A stretch of 64,000 bases of DNA from Oikopleura dioica (Eukaryota; Animalia; Chordata). The stretch lies in NCBI GenBank assembly GCA_907165135.1, contig OU015569.1:10726001-10790000 (forward strand). The letters are read 5' to 3'. A program made the translations under genes and the position numbers. The first letter of the stretch is position 1; every line of letters starts with the position of its first letter. The notes below the pieces were generated by a model. The model did not search any database, had not been told where the DNA came from, and was given only the letters and a program-made list of their open reading frames with translations. Below are positions 1-13,224 of the stretch, one piece after another.

Positions 1-13
1 ATAATTTTAAAAG

Positions 14-1697
14 GATGGTTTTATTGCTGAATGGCGACAAACGATCGGCCCCCTTTCTGGCTGTGGTGGAGAACTCACTACTAACACTGGTAGTTTCTCA
101 AGTCCGGCCGAAAATCCAGGGGATAATTACGAAAATAATCTCAACTGCAACTGGAGAATCTCGGTTAGCGACAACAAAATCATTCAGCTGGAGTTCAGTG
201 ACTTTGTTTTGGAAAACCATTCTTCTGGAGGCGGGTGCTACGATTACGTTGAAGTCATTGACGGACAACTACTCACAGATCACGTGATTTACAGACAATG
301 TGGCAATCAGACAAATATCGGTGTTATAAGATCGTCAGCTAACTTCATGATTGTACGATTTAAAACTGACGCTTCAATAACAGGTGCGCGATTTTTGATG
401 ATTTTAAATTGTAACAGTGTTTATTTCTAGCTGCCGGATTCAACGCTTCTTATACCGTTGCAGATCGTGACTGCGGTGCAACCTTCATTGCCAACTCTAC
501 TCTTACCGGATTTGGCTACGATTTCACTGGAATAGCGGGTAACTCGCAGATCTACCGCTGCAGCTGGATCATCTCGGCCTCAAGTGACACTCGTTTTGTT
601 GACATGAGGACCCTTTCTCTCGATGTTCCCGGCTCTAGCGATTCAAGATGTGCGGATGGATATGTCGAGTACCGCGATGTCGGACTTTCCTCCCAATATG
701 GCCAAGTGCTGCGATACTGTAATGCCGATGGAGGCACTGTGCCACCCGAGTTCTTTTCGCTCTCCGAAACAATGTCCATCACTTTGAGAAACGCGAGGAA
801 CCAAAATTCTTCCTTCACCGCTCAATTCTCAGATGCCGACTGCTCACGAACCTACACCGCAATGAACGGACGCATCTTTTCCGCCGGATGGCCTCACCAC
901 TACGCGCAATATTTGAACTGCCAGATCAGGATTCAAGTGCCAGAAGGAAACAAGATTCAATTGTACTTCAACGAATTCGACGTCGAAGATGCTGAGGACT
1001 GCAATATGGACACGTGTGACCACCTAGATGTCTAGTAAGACTTTTTTAGTGCTCCAAAAGTAAACTCAACATTTCAGCAATTCCACGACTATCCAGTCTA
1101 ACAACTTCATCGGTCGCTACCACGGCAATCGCTTACCCTCTCCAATCTTCCCCAACACGAACAACGTTCTCCTCCACTTCGTCTCTGATCAGCTCGTTTC
1201 TGGACGCGGTTTCGATATTTCTTACGCGGCCAATATCCAGGGCTGCGGTGGAAACCTTACAGGCACTCATGGCAACGTCTATTTGACTGGCTATCCAACT
1301 GATCCGTATCCAGCGAACCAGGTCTGCATCTGGCACATTACAGTTCCGCAGAACAGACAGGTCACGATTCACTTTAGAAATATCAACGTCAGGTAGCGAC
1401 CAAATCGAATACTCGCGAAATATACATATTTCTTCCCAGGTACAACATCGAGAGCAACTCTTGCTACAATGACTACGTCGCCGCCTACGAAGGAATCACA
1501 GACACTGGCCCTTGGCTACGCGCTTACTGTGGGAGAGGAAGTGTCTCCGATGTTTCAGGTAATGATAAAAACTGAAAGCTGACAACTCCATGTTTCTAGC
1601 TCAATCAAATCAAATGACGCTGGTCTGGCGCGCCGGGGACTCATCGGACTCAGATCGAGCTGGCTTTACGGGTTGGTGGATCGAGTGGGAGTCTTAG
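14..1697 (+). CDS. CUBN: Cubilin-like multi-CUB-domain protein, 3' end only (about 4 CUB domains over several exons)
   Basis: Spliced translation gives successive CUB domains (CGGELTTNTGSFSSP...CYDYVEV; CSRTYTAMNGRIFSAGWPHHY; CGGNLTGTHGNV...CYNDYV), GT-AG introns, stop TAG at 1695-1697. Orthology to cubilin rather than another CUB protein is inferred from the CUB-only C-terminus. Confidence 0.7.
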
Positions 1698-2819
1698 TTT
1701 TAGTATTCACTGTAGTACTGACCCTATTGTACATTTTGTCCTTGCAATAAATACGCCTAAGTGTAAGCTTGAAGATGAAAACTTTATTTAAAAAAAAATG
1801 ATAATTCTTCGAACAGGGCATCGAAATATTCAATTGAAAGGATGATTTTTTCTTCATCTAAACAGAAATAGTTATATCCAGCGACACTCACCTTAGGCGA
1901 TGATATCATTGGGCACGTCAGGAAAATCGGAAATGGACATGGCTATTGAATCGCGCTGCGTTTTCTGCTTTGAGGATCTTTTTCAAACAAGGAATCTGAA
2001 TATCGAATACGCGAGGGGAGAGAGAGAGAAAAGGGAAATTGGTTATCACGCCCTTCTTTAAATTCCAGCGGTCTCAACTTCTGGACTTAAAAAGCGCGTC
2101 TCCTTGCTGATAAGCATTGGAACTTTTGCGAATCTGGGAGTAAGGAAAAATTGCATTTAGGAGGAAATCCTTTAGATCGTGATAATAGCATTTTTATTCG
2201 CTATAATTGAGTGACTACGGTACTTGTAAAAGGGCCGGTTTGTTTAGATTTCTAAAAATTCGCTAAATTCAAATGAGCTTCGTCTTAGCGCGTTCACCTC
2301 CGTTTCCACAAAATCTAAATGCGTTACACATATAGCTGGCTGTTTTGAAAAGGTGCAAATATTGATAAACTCACATCGCGAATATAATTGTGAAAAAAAG
2401 TTAATTGGAGCGCTGGGCGGATCTCAAGTCGCTTAAAAATTCACAAATTCAAGGAGTAAAAAATGTCTCTCGACGAAGCTAGAATGCGCGAACTCAAAGA
2501 AAAATGGAAATAGCTGAGTTTAGAAAAAGTTTAGCGACCGCGAAATTCGCATTTTGTGCGTTCACCACTCCGCCAAAGAAATGTTTGCGCCGGAAATGCG
2601 CCTGTGTTCGAGGCGGAGCAACTTGCTCGGTGCTCATCAGAGTATGCGAAATTTAAATTTCCGAAGTCTTCCGACGTAGAGTTACTGTATCACCTTCGAG
2701 TCAAAAGATCAGGAGTGAGCTCAGTACTCAATCAAAAAAAGGAGCTCTTATAATTCAGATTTTCTTGATAAAGGTCGCCCGATTCCACCCTCGATTATTA
2801 TCATCATAAATCAACTTGG

Positions 2820-3497
2820 GCTAGCGGGGTTAGCGCTCTTCCATCCGAAAATAATAGGGACAGATTTTAGAAAGCCTCTCTTGCGATTACTACAAATAAT
2901 CGCACCCTACTCACTCTATTTACGTTAATTCTGGTTCCTGTTTTAACATCGATAACTGTGTATGTTTGAAAGACCCCTTCCTTCTTTCTTTTGTTGCTTC
3001 GCCCGGTCACTTTCGAGAAGGCGCGCTTGGCAGAGGCTTTCAGACTGAATCGGCTTTTTCGAATGGGCGTTTTTGGCAGTTCGGGAAAGGGTTCCAGTCC
3101 AGCATCTTAGCAGCTACTGTTAGTACTACTGTAGACGCGAACCGGTTAGTTTACCTAATACTTCGAAGCTCAGTTCTTTGACCGCTCTGCTAAATTCTAA
3201 AGTCGCTTCATCGAACTGCTCTGAACATTTTTTGAAGCAACGAATTTCCATCTCATGGACTACCTGATTCTCCCGACGACGATCTCTTCTTGCTTCTCAT
3301 TTGCTCTCTCTCTTTCAATCTTTCGCGCTTGAAATTTTCAAAATCCAAAATCAACTCGCTTCTTTCTCTTTCTGTCCCTATCTTCGTGAGTTGTTCTACG
3401 TTTATCAAACTATCCAGAGCCGGAGCTTTTCGCACCAGAAGATTTTCTACTAAAGCGTTCCTATCAGCCCGATTCCGAGTATCGGAGCGGTGGCGCT
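2820..3497 (-). CDS. Hypothetical multi-exon protein (partial model)
   Basis: Exon-like open frames joined by short GT-AG introns (…INVEQLTKIGTERERSEL…|EQFDEATLEFSRAVKELSFEVL|DAGLEPFPELPKTPIRKSRF…VIDVKTGTRINVNR); termini unresolved. Confidence 0.35.
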
Positions 3498-4123
3498 AGG
3501 AGCCGAGGTCGCTGCTGATTCCTTTTGCGCGCTAAACTTTCACGATCTATATTGTCACGTGGTTATTTCAAACAAGAATGAAATATATTTAGACTCCTAA
3601 TCTAAAGATTGTAAATTATCAATGAATGTATTGAAAATATTGGAAGAAGAATACATGGATTTCATTTGATGAAAAATTGCTAAAGGGTGTCAACAACGAT
3701 AAATAAATTCTCAACTTTACCTTCAAACACATTTCGTAGTTGGCATACTACTGTGAGTTTTCACGAGAAATGCTGTGGAATATGGAAAAGATTCTATTGG
3801 ACTTTCGAAATCAAGTGCCCATTTCTGGCGTCCGAGAACTTGACAATCTAAGTAGGGATTTGGATATCTCCTATTTTGATTCTCAAAATAACAAATTACG
3901 ACAGGCAAAGAGACTTCCTTTGTGATGACAACAAGATAAAAATCGAACACGTCAGTCAAAAGATTTCATTTCGGTCAGTTTTAATAAGGGCACCTCATGT
4001 GCTAAAAGTGATTGTGGTTGTTTGAGGGATCAAACGATTATACGGTAGACCTGCACGGAGAAAACTTATATTACATTACACATATGTTTGTTTATTGGGT
4101 TTTTACAGAGGAAAGTTTCTTTT

Positions 4124-5957
4124 TTATAGAAGGAAGAGCGAGATAACGAGAGCGACGGCAAAAGCGATGCTTGGATTCGCTGCGCTAGAGTCTGCGTTTT
4201 GAGTCGTAGTTGTAGTCGTTGTCGTAGTTGTTGTTGAGGTAGTTGTTGTCGTCTTAGCAGTTGATGCGCTGGAGTTGGAAGTCGTAGTTGTTTCTTTAGT
4301 GGTCGCTGTTGTGGCTGTCGATGATTTCGTTGTCGAATCTTCTTCACGAGCGAGGTTTTCTTCGATGAATTCTTGAGCTTGCTGCTGCTCTGCTTTTTGA
4401 GCAACGAATTGTTTAACCATCGATTCTCCGTGCACAAGTTTAATGCCTAGAAAATTTGATAATTGCTGTTATCCAACATACGCTTTCTAAAGTCACAACA
4501 ATGCAGCACCGAAGAGCAGTGCCCCTTATTATCTTTAAATTTTTATTTTGATCGGTTTTATCGCTCCCCCGCTAGTTTAATTCTTCCGAAGATAAGCATC
4601 AGAACCCTTGGTTCTTTGGGTAGCCTAAACTTTAGAAACTTCCCAGTAAATAGTATTTTGGAAGCAAAAAGCGTTAATTACCATCGGGTAGAAGAGGTGC
4701 TGAGCCAAACGCAACAGGTGGCTTCCATGCTTCTTGTTTCGGCTGTGGCTGTGCTGGCGGTTGAAACTGGTCCATCATGCTTTGCCCGTGAACGAGCGAA
4801 ATACCTTCTGGCAGTGGAGGAGGTTTTCCAAATGCAACTGGTGGTTTCCACGATGATTCCTCTGATGCCGTGTCCACAGAATCTAATTTCGGGAACTGGC
4901 GTTGCATCGACTCGCCGTGCGTCAGTTGAATTCCTTCCGGAAGTGGAGTTTCTCGTCCAAAAGCAACTGGCGGCTTCCATTTGCTCTCGGTTTCTGGCTG
5001 AGGCTTTGGTTGAAACTGCTCCATCATCGATTGCCCGTGAACGAGCTTGATGCCGTCTGGAAGCAGTGGAGCCTCGCCAAAAGCAATTGGTGGTATCCAT
5101 TTTTCCTGAATTGGTTTCGCTGTTCTCATAGACTCACCGTGGACAAGGTTAACCCCATCGGGGAGGGGTGTTTCTCGACCAAATGCGACCGGAGGAGTCC
5201 AACCGGACGGACGCCCAGAAGTACCCTGCTGCGTTCGCTGATAGAAGCCACGCATACTTTGACCTGGGAGAAGCTTGACTCCTTCTGGCAGCGGAGTTTG
5301 TCTACCAAAAGCAACTGGAGGTTTCCACCCATCTTTATTTGCATTCTGGAACCGAGGAGCCATCGACTCTCCGTGGACGAGTTTCACGCCATTTGGTAAT
5401 GGAGTCTCACTTCCAAAAGCCACAGCGCCTTGCCAATCTCTTCCATTGTTCTTTTGACTGTTATGCAACTTGGCTTCAGATCCTTAAGAGCCTCCCTTTT
5501 TAGATAACTACGTACTGTGGAATGAATTCCTTCTTATCTCCGCCTTCCCCACCGCGTCGGGCAAGCTTTTCCGATGACCCCAGAAGTCTAAGACCTCACT
5601 TCTAATTGTATCTTTACACCGTTCTGTCTCGAGCAGATACAGCTCGTTTTGATTTCAAAGAAAGGTGAAAACGTGTACAAGTAATCGTGTCAACTACATC
5701 TGGCACGAAGTTTCGACCGAATTAAGTTTTTTCTCTGAGCTGATTAGAAACTTGGACGGGCTGAAAATCCGACCACAGCAATAGCAGCTTCTTGCGGAGA
5801 AAATGTATTTGTAAATATTTCATTTTTGTTCATGGAGTCAAAGAGGGTGCGTTCTCTTTTTAGGCTACAGTAGTTTCTCTCTCTCTGTATTTCGAAAACA
5901 TAACAGTTGATTGGCGGGCAGGGCAGATGCAATGGTGAAAAGTCCGCTCAACTTCAT
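4124..5957 (-). CDS. Secreted, probably GPI-anchored repeat protein: 7 x WxPPVAFGxxxPLPxGxxLxHGxSM units, Thr-rich stalk, hydrophobic tail
   Basis: ORF 4674-5468 holds repeats 1-7. A GT-AG intron at 4447-4681 splits repeat 7 and splicing restores PDG|IKLVHGESM. The last exon has a poly-Thr stalk and ends SSAANPSIAFAVALVISLFLL*. Signal-peptide-like MKLSGLFTIASALP begins at ATG 5957; the 5' exon joins are uncertain. Confidence 0.75.
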
Positions 5958-7511
5958 CGCTCAGTCGGACAGGAATCGTGAAAATAACGCTTCTTGGGTT
6001 GAACTCATCGTATTTATGGAGGAGACTTGCGCGCTAGAAACGTGCCTATTGGCTAATGGGAGTTGGTGGAGGAGGTGCACGTTGCGTCAGGCTCTCAGAA
6101 GTGACGCTCATAGTACCCAGAATTAATCCAATTTTATGTTTATTCTGCATAAATCAGTTTTAACGCGAAAGCCGTCGCAACTTCTAAAAGCAGCGAATAT
6201 ATAATAAGCTGGAAGTAAATTCAATGATGTTTATGGCAGATTTCTTGTTGTTTAGAGCGCGTTTCGTTTTTATCGGGATTGACTTCCTGGAGTGTCACTA
6301 TCCTCACGTGCCACTGACAAGCTCTCCGAAAGGATTATCCCTTATTCTAGGGATACAGTACCTTTGTGGAGATAGCTTATTATCACAGGAGATAAAAACA
6401 GACTCGAATTGGATCATTTTTATCAGCGAACATGAGTTCAAAGGAGGATACAGCTACTAATAGATTTCTTTTAGTTAGAATCCAGGATCAATTAAAGGAC
6501 GACCTTTATAAGCCAGCCAAGTAGTGGTCGCTTCTACCGTTGCAAAAGACAATCTCAAGAGGTTTCCCGCGGTTCGTTTCAATTTCCAACGTGCTGCCGC
6601 CCGCCACAAGGCCTAATGGACAAGCAGAGTAGTCAGAGGGACATGCCGCACTACTGACCTAAAAACAACCAGGTTTCATGTGGCGCCCGACGAAAATACA
6701 CGAAATAAATTATTTCTAATGACACTCTTCTTTTTCGTAGAATCAGAATCCAGGTCGAATGAACCAGTCTTTCCTGCATAAAATTATCATTGTGACACCC
6801 TTATTCTATTTCATCAACGGAAAGTTAGATCCTTCTTTCTCTCAAAAGGATGTTTATTCAATAATAAGTACAGTAACCTGCTCATGTAGGTATCACAGTC
6901 GGTGCGAATGAATGAAAGCGTGCTCTTACGCAGCCAGAACTGCCTATCCATCATCGTAAAATTCCAACACAATGTTGGACGCGTAAGAGAAGCAGCAATT
7001 TTCAAGCTACTTTCCTTTAGCCCCCTTTTAATTCCCTAGCGGTCGCCCTTTTTTAAGTCGGGTTGTACAGGTAAAGAAAACTGTTTTCGCGGTCGAAAGT
7101 GGAGAATAAAAAAAAACGTGCGTTGGTAATTTCGAACATGGAATAAAAAATGTTTCTTGGTAAAATATTTGAATGGCCGAAAAAAGTCTGCAGTGCAAAA
7201 GTACAACGAAACAACAAACTAAAACGTGAAGGCGAGAGAGCGAGTAACAAGTCTGGCGTTTAGAGTGATTTTATGTTGAGAGCGCGAAATCGCCCTTTTC
7301 GTGAAAATCGGTGACGCACTGGAGTAAAGGTTTCCCTTTCTCAGCCCGGGCTCAGCGGCGAAATCACTTTTTGTGCACTCGCGATTCTAGCTCATCCACG
7401 TTCAGATCAAAGAATTTCATTTTTGATTTTTTATTACAGGATAATTGCTGTAAATAATAAATTAAGGGAGTGGCAGATAAAAGTGCGCGCGCTTATTTCA
7501 GCGAAAAACGA

Positions 7512-8197
7512 TCATTCGTCATCTGGCAGCAAATGAAGCTCCACATCCCATCGTCCAACTGCGCCTCCTTTCCACGATGAGTGAGAGGCAGTCTGGACGA
7601 TGCCATTCCGTTCATACATCGGAGTAGACTTGTATGTCTTCACCTCGAAGTCTTCGATCTCTTCGTTGTCGTAGACGGTTATTGTCGCCGTAAAAGTGAA
7701 GGGCTTTTTGTCTGGACGCTGCATCTCGAAACTCCAGACCGTCGGGACGAGCGGGTAGTTGGACCGGATGTCGACTTGGTAATCTCCCGCGCCTTCGACA
7801 AATTATGTGATCCTGTAATGACGTGACTGTAGTACCTGTGAGGATGCAGTTGTACGCCTCTAATTTTACGTTGAATCTGGTAATCCTCGGATTCCTTTGA
7901 ATTTCTCGGAGAAGCAGTTTCACATGTTCATAAGAATGCGTTTTCGATTTGTAGTACCAGACGCTCTTGTCTTTTCCTAAATCAAGAAAGAGTACCTTTT
8001 TTCGATTTTTTAATTTGCTTACTTTCAAGCGGTTTCACCCAGTATCGCCTGTCGAGATTGTCCGGCTGTCTCTCCGTAAACAGCCCGATCATGTCTTCCA
8101 CCTCGCTTCGTTTGAAGGCCTGCGAAAGATTGCACAGTTCCATGTAAGCTTCTGACTCTTCGCTCAAAGAGCTACTCGAGCGTTCGCCTTCTGACAT
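7512..8197 (-). CDS. Orphan protein, about 198 aa, 3 exons
   Basis: ORFs 7982-8197, 7612-8028 and 7512-7724 join through two short GT-AG introns into one frame ending WKGGAVGRWDVELHLLPDDE*. Confidence 0.65.
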
Positions 8198-11098
8198 CTT
8201 CCTATTCCACCAATCTTCAAATCAAAGACAATCAAACAGAGTTCTTCGTTTCTTGTATAGGAAAAGGAGCTAATTAAAGAAAGACGCGAGAAGATATGAT
8301 TGAGCTTAGTGGTTAACTAGAAACTGTTTAATAGAAAGCGGAATGAAAGAAAACCAGACCAAACTGAAAAATAGCCAAAAATGGACGAGAAAGACGATTC
8401 AAAATCGGAATTTCAAGGAGGATTCGATACGTCGACATGTGCTTGTAATGGCATGAAAAGGGCGACGAGTTACTGTCTGGAACGCGTGCGAGTTTAGCCT
8501 TGTGATTGGCCGAGCGGCATAGAGCGCATAGATGAGCGCCCAAAACACGTCCGACGAGACAATAAAAGTGACCCGTTAGCGAGCCGAGTTGACCTCAACT
8601 TGAGTTGAAAAAATCGTGAAATTTCAAATTATCTTCATAATCGGCGATCGAAATCCACTCGAAGGACGAAGATCTCCGACTTTGACTAGGCACATCCGAA
8701 CAACATAATAGAATTGGAAATATCGCCTAAGAAATAGAAGCTTTATTAATTTCAAGAGAAAAACGCTGAAGCAGAAAAAAAGAAAGAAAAACGAAAAGAA
8801 CAGTTGAGGAAAAAAGAAGCTTGAAAACGAAGAAAATAGCATGGCTACACCTGCTGAGGTCGAGGAAAGAGTCGAAAATAACTTTTTTTACGGGAAAAAT
8901 GAGTAATTATCAGAAAACGAATATTGAAAATATATTCAGCAGTTTTTCAAGTTGAAAATTATCATGATAGGAGTTGAAATATATTGATATATCCAGTGGT
9001 TACGGTTTTTACAAAGAATGTTTTTTTGCATAAAAGAAAACGAAAAATATTAACAAAGAAAATCATTTTTTTTTTCGAGAAAAATAGACGAAAACGCACA
9101 GCTTTTTGAGAAGGTTTCTAGAATATCATAACCGGTTCGAGGTAAAAAATAAAAGCTAACCGGTTAGGAAATCTGGCATTTTTTTCAGTGGCAAGAAAGG
9201 TTCAATGACGACATTCGATGCCGAATCTACTTTTAGGGTTCTCTCGCCAAAGGATAGGAATCGTAATGGGTTATCTCTAGATTTAAAAAAAAATCTCGAA
9301 AAGGCCATTTTCTCGTCGCTTGAGAGTTTTTGCAGAAGAAGAAACGGGAACTCGCTAGAAGTTTTGAACAAAAAGCAGCTTCTACCGAATAAACCATTTT
9401 CTTCAACTGCGATTACTCGGATTTTCTAGTCTAGAGGTGATTTTTTTCTCTTTGGACGATTTTGCGAAAATGTCCAACTTGGACCTTGGCTTACCTCAGC
9501 AGCTTGTTTCTTTCTGCTAGGATAACCCAAGCGGCCCTTCTTGGACATTCGCTTATACTAAAAGCAGCACGTAGTAGCTTGAATTTCCAATTTTCGGAAT
9601 TTCCGAATTCAATACTGAGTCGAATCTTTCCGAACATTTTCCATTTCAAACATGAGCTCTAGAAAAGAAATGATATTTGATGTAGACAGATTTAGGATAA
9701 GAAGTTTTTCTTTACAGAATCAAAAGATTTGAAAAATTGACGGAAAGAAATAGTTACAGTAAGATAGAATTTCTTTCTCCATCGTAGTATTTGCTGGATT
9801 GGACTGTGAATGTGCTATGATGCCGGATTTTAGTCATTTTTCCACTAAAAGTCGGCCCACTTTGCATTCACAGCCAGTAATCCGCATAGTCAGGAGAGTA
9901 AAGACATTGTAGTCCCTCTCTTTATCTCTAACAGTAGAGGGTCAGATGAGGGTTTTGGTTGGGTTCGGGTGGAGGAGTCTAGTCGTTTTTGCCGGATCCT
10001 TCTCGTTCTCCTTACGCCGCCTTAGACGAAAATTTTAGAAGAAAGAGTCTCCTCTAAGGCAGTTTGTGAAGACTGGAAGAATCCGCTCTATAGTTTATAG
10101 AACTCTAGTGGGAGGAGATGGTTCTCTATTCTTGAGTCGGTTTTTTGCGTCGCCCAAGACGGCTATTTGTGTTACCTCAGCAGTTTCTCCATTTGTACAC
10201 TGCTCTGGTAGCACTAAAACCGTCACGGACAAAATGCAATAGCTCAGGGAAAATTCACTTCTTCCATTATCTCTGGTTTCGTTTCGTGGAGTTGGCAGAT
10301 GAGTTAGTAGCCAGAAAAAAACAACCAACTCGTTTTTAACGACGTTGGATGTCTTTCGAAAGCTACCGTCGTACCCGCGACAGTACTGTCGACAACACTG
10401 TAATACCAATAGAAGTGTGGGGCCGGGATCATCGGGAAGGAAAAAGTGCAATCTAGCATTCATTACAGTCATTTAAAAATGACAGGCTAGTTTAGCCATG
10501 TTCTCTTCCTCGTTTTCCAAACCAAATCGCGAAATTTTCTCTTGTTTGCTCTGTAGTACTTTATTTCGTCCACATTTAATGACTGTAGTTGAGGCTTATT
10601 ATCGAAAAATTAAGAAAAAATTAAAAATTATGATAATTAAAAAAATTATAAATGGTAAACATGTGCGGGCGGATGTGTGGCGTTCTGAATCGGTAGAATT
10701 CGGGAGTTTTCGAGCCATTCTATTGGCTCAAAAACTTATGTCCCCTTCTGACCAATGCCCCATCATTCCTCGTTATGTCATTTACCCATTTTTACTACGA
10801 CTCAGAGAGGAGGGAATTCTGGGAAGTTGAGAATAAGTCGCGACTTTTACTTTTTATAAGACGGACTTAATCTTATACACTAGAATTTCTCCCCATTTTT
10901 TTTATTCCTAGTCGCCCTCGAAGCAGTTAGTATTGATGTACAGACAGAAAACGAATCAAAGTCTACGGAATTACAAACTAGCTACGAGGTCACTAGAATA
11001 CTCGACTTTCTCCTCATTCTTCGAAATCCAGAGCTCTAGAATTTTCTCCTTGTCCGTTTAATTTCTGAAATTTTTTCCAACTTGGTTTTTTCGCTAGA

Positions 11099-11395
11099 AT
11101 GTGGCACAACGACAGCTGGTCTTCCAGTACGGATGACCATTATCACAAAAATCGGCGTAATTATCACCAAGGCTATCGGAGAAAGCCAAAAAAGTCGTTT
11201 CGGACGCCGAGGCTATTCAATCTCGCCACGCTCGCGCGGGTCAATCCAAGAAGGAAAGACGCCTGGGAGCTTCTTCTTCCCGCTGAAGCCCCTCCTTATC
11301 AGGGCATTGAAAAGCCTTTGCCTATGCCTCCAAGGAAAAAACTGGGCAAGAAGTATAAGAAGGCGATTGAGGTGATTAACGAAGCCCCTTACTAA
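11099..11395 (+). CDS. Small basic hypothetical protein (98 aa)
   Basis: Acceptor-like site immediately before ATG (ttcgctag|aATG); coding-like composition; lies just upstream of DCP1 on the same strand. Confidence 0.45.
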   Translation: MWHNDSWSSSTDDHYHKNRRNYHQGYRRKPKKSFRTPRLFNLATLARVNPRRKDAWELLLPAEAPPYQGIEKPLPMPPRKKLGKKYKKAIEVINEAPY

Positions 11396-11511
11396 TTTAA
11401 AAATACAATTGGTAATTCTTAAATCGTGCTCAGAAGAGCACCGTGTTGGGACTCAGCCGAGCCGTCCCATTTCAGGATAACCCATTGTATATTTCCATTT
11501 ATCAAGCATCA

Positions 11512-13224
11512 ATGATCATCATTGCATATGCGTTCCTTTTAATCTTAAAAATAAGTATTCCAATTTTGATTCTTGAAAAGGCTCGTGTCAATTTGAACTC
11601 GCTGCGGCACCAAGATCCGGAGGTGGTGGAGATCCTCGACCATGCCGTCTCGGTTGCGCTGTACATGTGGGATGTGGAGAACAACAGCTGGACGAAGCCG
11701 GAGATGGAGGGCACTCTCTTTGTATATAGCCGTCGGGTGGCTCCCTTTGCCGGCTTCACGATCATGAACCGTCTCTCGATCAACAACCTCTCCGAGAAGA
11801 TCACCAACAACATGAATGTTCACATCAAGGCGCCATTCCTGCTGTACCAGTCGGGCGACACGCGCACCGTCCCGCGCGGCATTTGGTTCTACAACCAGTA
11901 CGACTGTATCCGCATCACCAAACTCATCCAGAAATACATAGGCGTCAAAGAGCCAGTTTCGAGTAAGCTTCAACGAGAAATCATCACCTGTAACAAGTTT
12001 TCTTTAGATGCAATGTCCGTCGAGCCCGTGTTCGAGCCGATCTCGACGGAATCGTCCGAAGACAAAGACAGTCTCGCATCGTGCAAGGAAGACTTGATGC
12101 TTATTATGGGTAAATCGTCAAAATCGACGACGCCCAAAACGAAACCCAGTGACTTCAAAATGACAAACTCGCGTAAATCACCGCACTCCCCCAAAAACGT
12201 CCCCATTCCTCCCCTCACGCCCGGAAAGAAAGTCGATCTTAACTTGCTCTTCAGCAGCAATTTCACACCGATAAAGGTAAAAGTAGCTTTCTTGCTCTCT
12301 GTCTTAACCCCTCTTTTAGCCAGCCACTCCAGTTCAAAATCTCGAAAGCTCAATTGAGCACCCTTATCCATCAACTTTCCCCGGCGGTCCTCAAACCCCG
12401 ATCGACAAGCGCAAAACCGACGCGCTCAAGAGTATGATCGGCATTCACCATGGTTCTGCTCAGCAGGGAGCAACCTCGTCTAGTTTCATGTCACCCAGTT
12501 CGATGTCTCAGTTCTCCGGCATCTCTAAAGCCTCCTCGCGCAATCAGGACGTGTTCTCCTTCGAAGTGCTACAGAATCAAAACAGCAGCGCTCAAAACGC
12601 AAGTCAAGTAACTGCCGTTAGAAGTGACTTGCTCAGAACACCGCCGCCGATGAAAGGAACCGGCTCGCTAGGTGGTCAAAAGTCGGAAGATACTGACGAC
12701 TCGTCCGAGTTCAACCAGCCCATGTCTTTCGCCGTCATTGAAAGCGGGGATGATGTGAATGTGAGCCCCAGCTCTCGGCTCAGCCCGCCTTCGAGAAACA
12801 TGAGCTTCAATACAGTCCCAAGAAATTTATTCGGCAGAGAAGGTTCTAATCCAACTACTCTCCTATCCGTAAGTCTTGAAATATCTCCACAGGCACCTTT
12901 ATCAATAAGAGAATACACCGTTAATCACATTTTTAGCCTGGTGCATTTGCTTCGATCGCTTCTGACGGACGAAGCAGTATTTCCTCCTCTCAAGAGGGCG
13001 ATATGTTGGTCCCCTCTGTGAAGGTACGCAACGGACCACTATTCAAGCCGCAGACAGCTGCCGGAAACAACACTCAAGCTCCTCCTGCTCCTCTTCACCA
13101 GTCGACACAGTTCGAGCGAGATGTCATGAAACGCACGCTGATAAAACTCATCGAAGAAGACAAAGAGTTCATGAATTCCTTCCACGCCGCGTACATGAGA
13201 CACATGGCCCAGCTCAGAAGCTAA
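11512..13224 (+). CDS. DCP1: mRNA-decapping enzyme subunit 1
   Basis: EVH1-type domain (NLNSLRHQDP…VALY…W…MEGTLFVYSR…FTIMNRLS…GIWFY) and C-terminal trimerisation helix (MKRTLIKLIEEDKEFMNSFHAAY). Start codon uncertain. Confidence 0.9.

Noticed and set aside
1780-1960. Minus-strand DEEKIILSIEYFD fragment resembling the PCGF/BMI1 RAWUL start
   Set aside because: The upstream exon-like piece has an in-frame stop and the frame ends shortly after; too short to support.
4463-5399. Long plus-strand ORFs 4463-5050 and 4902-5399
   Set aside because: Antisense shadows of the repeat protein; no independent coding signal.
4674-5468. Regularly spaced conserved repeats with variable spacers, superficially CRISPR-like
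   Set aside because: The repeats are in-frame protein-coding units with synonymous variation in a spliced eukaryotic gene; there are no cas genes.
8600-10900. Scattered ORFs and three CTGCTGAGGT matches in an AT-rich stretch
   Set aside because: No consistent spliced model or repeat structure could be built; left unannotated.
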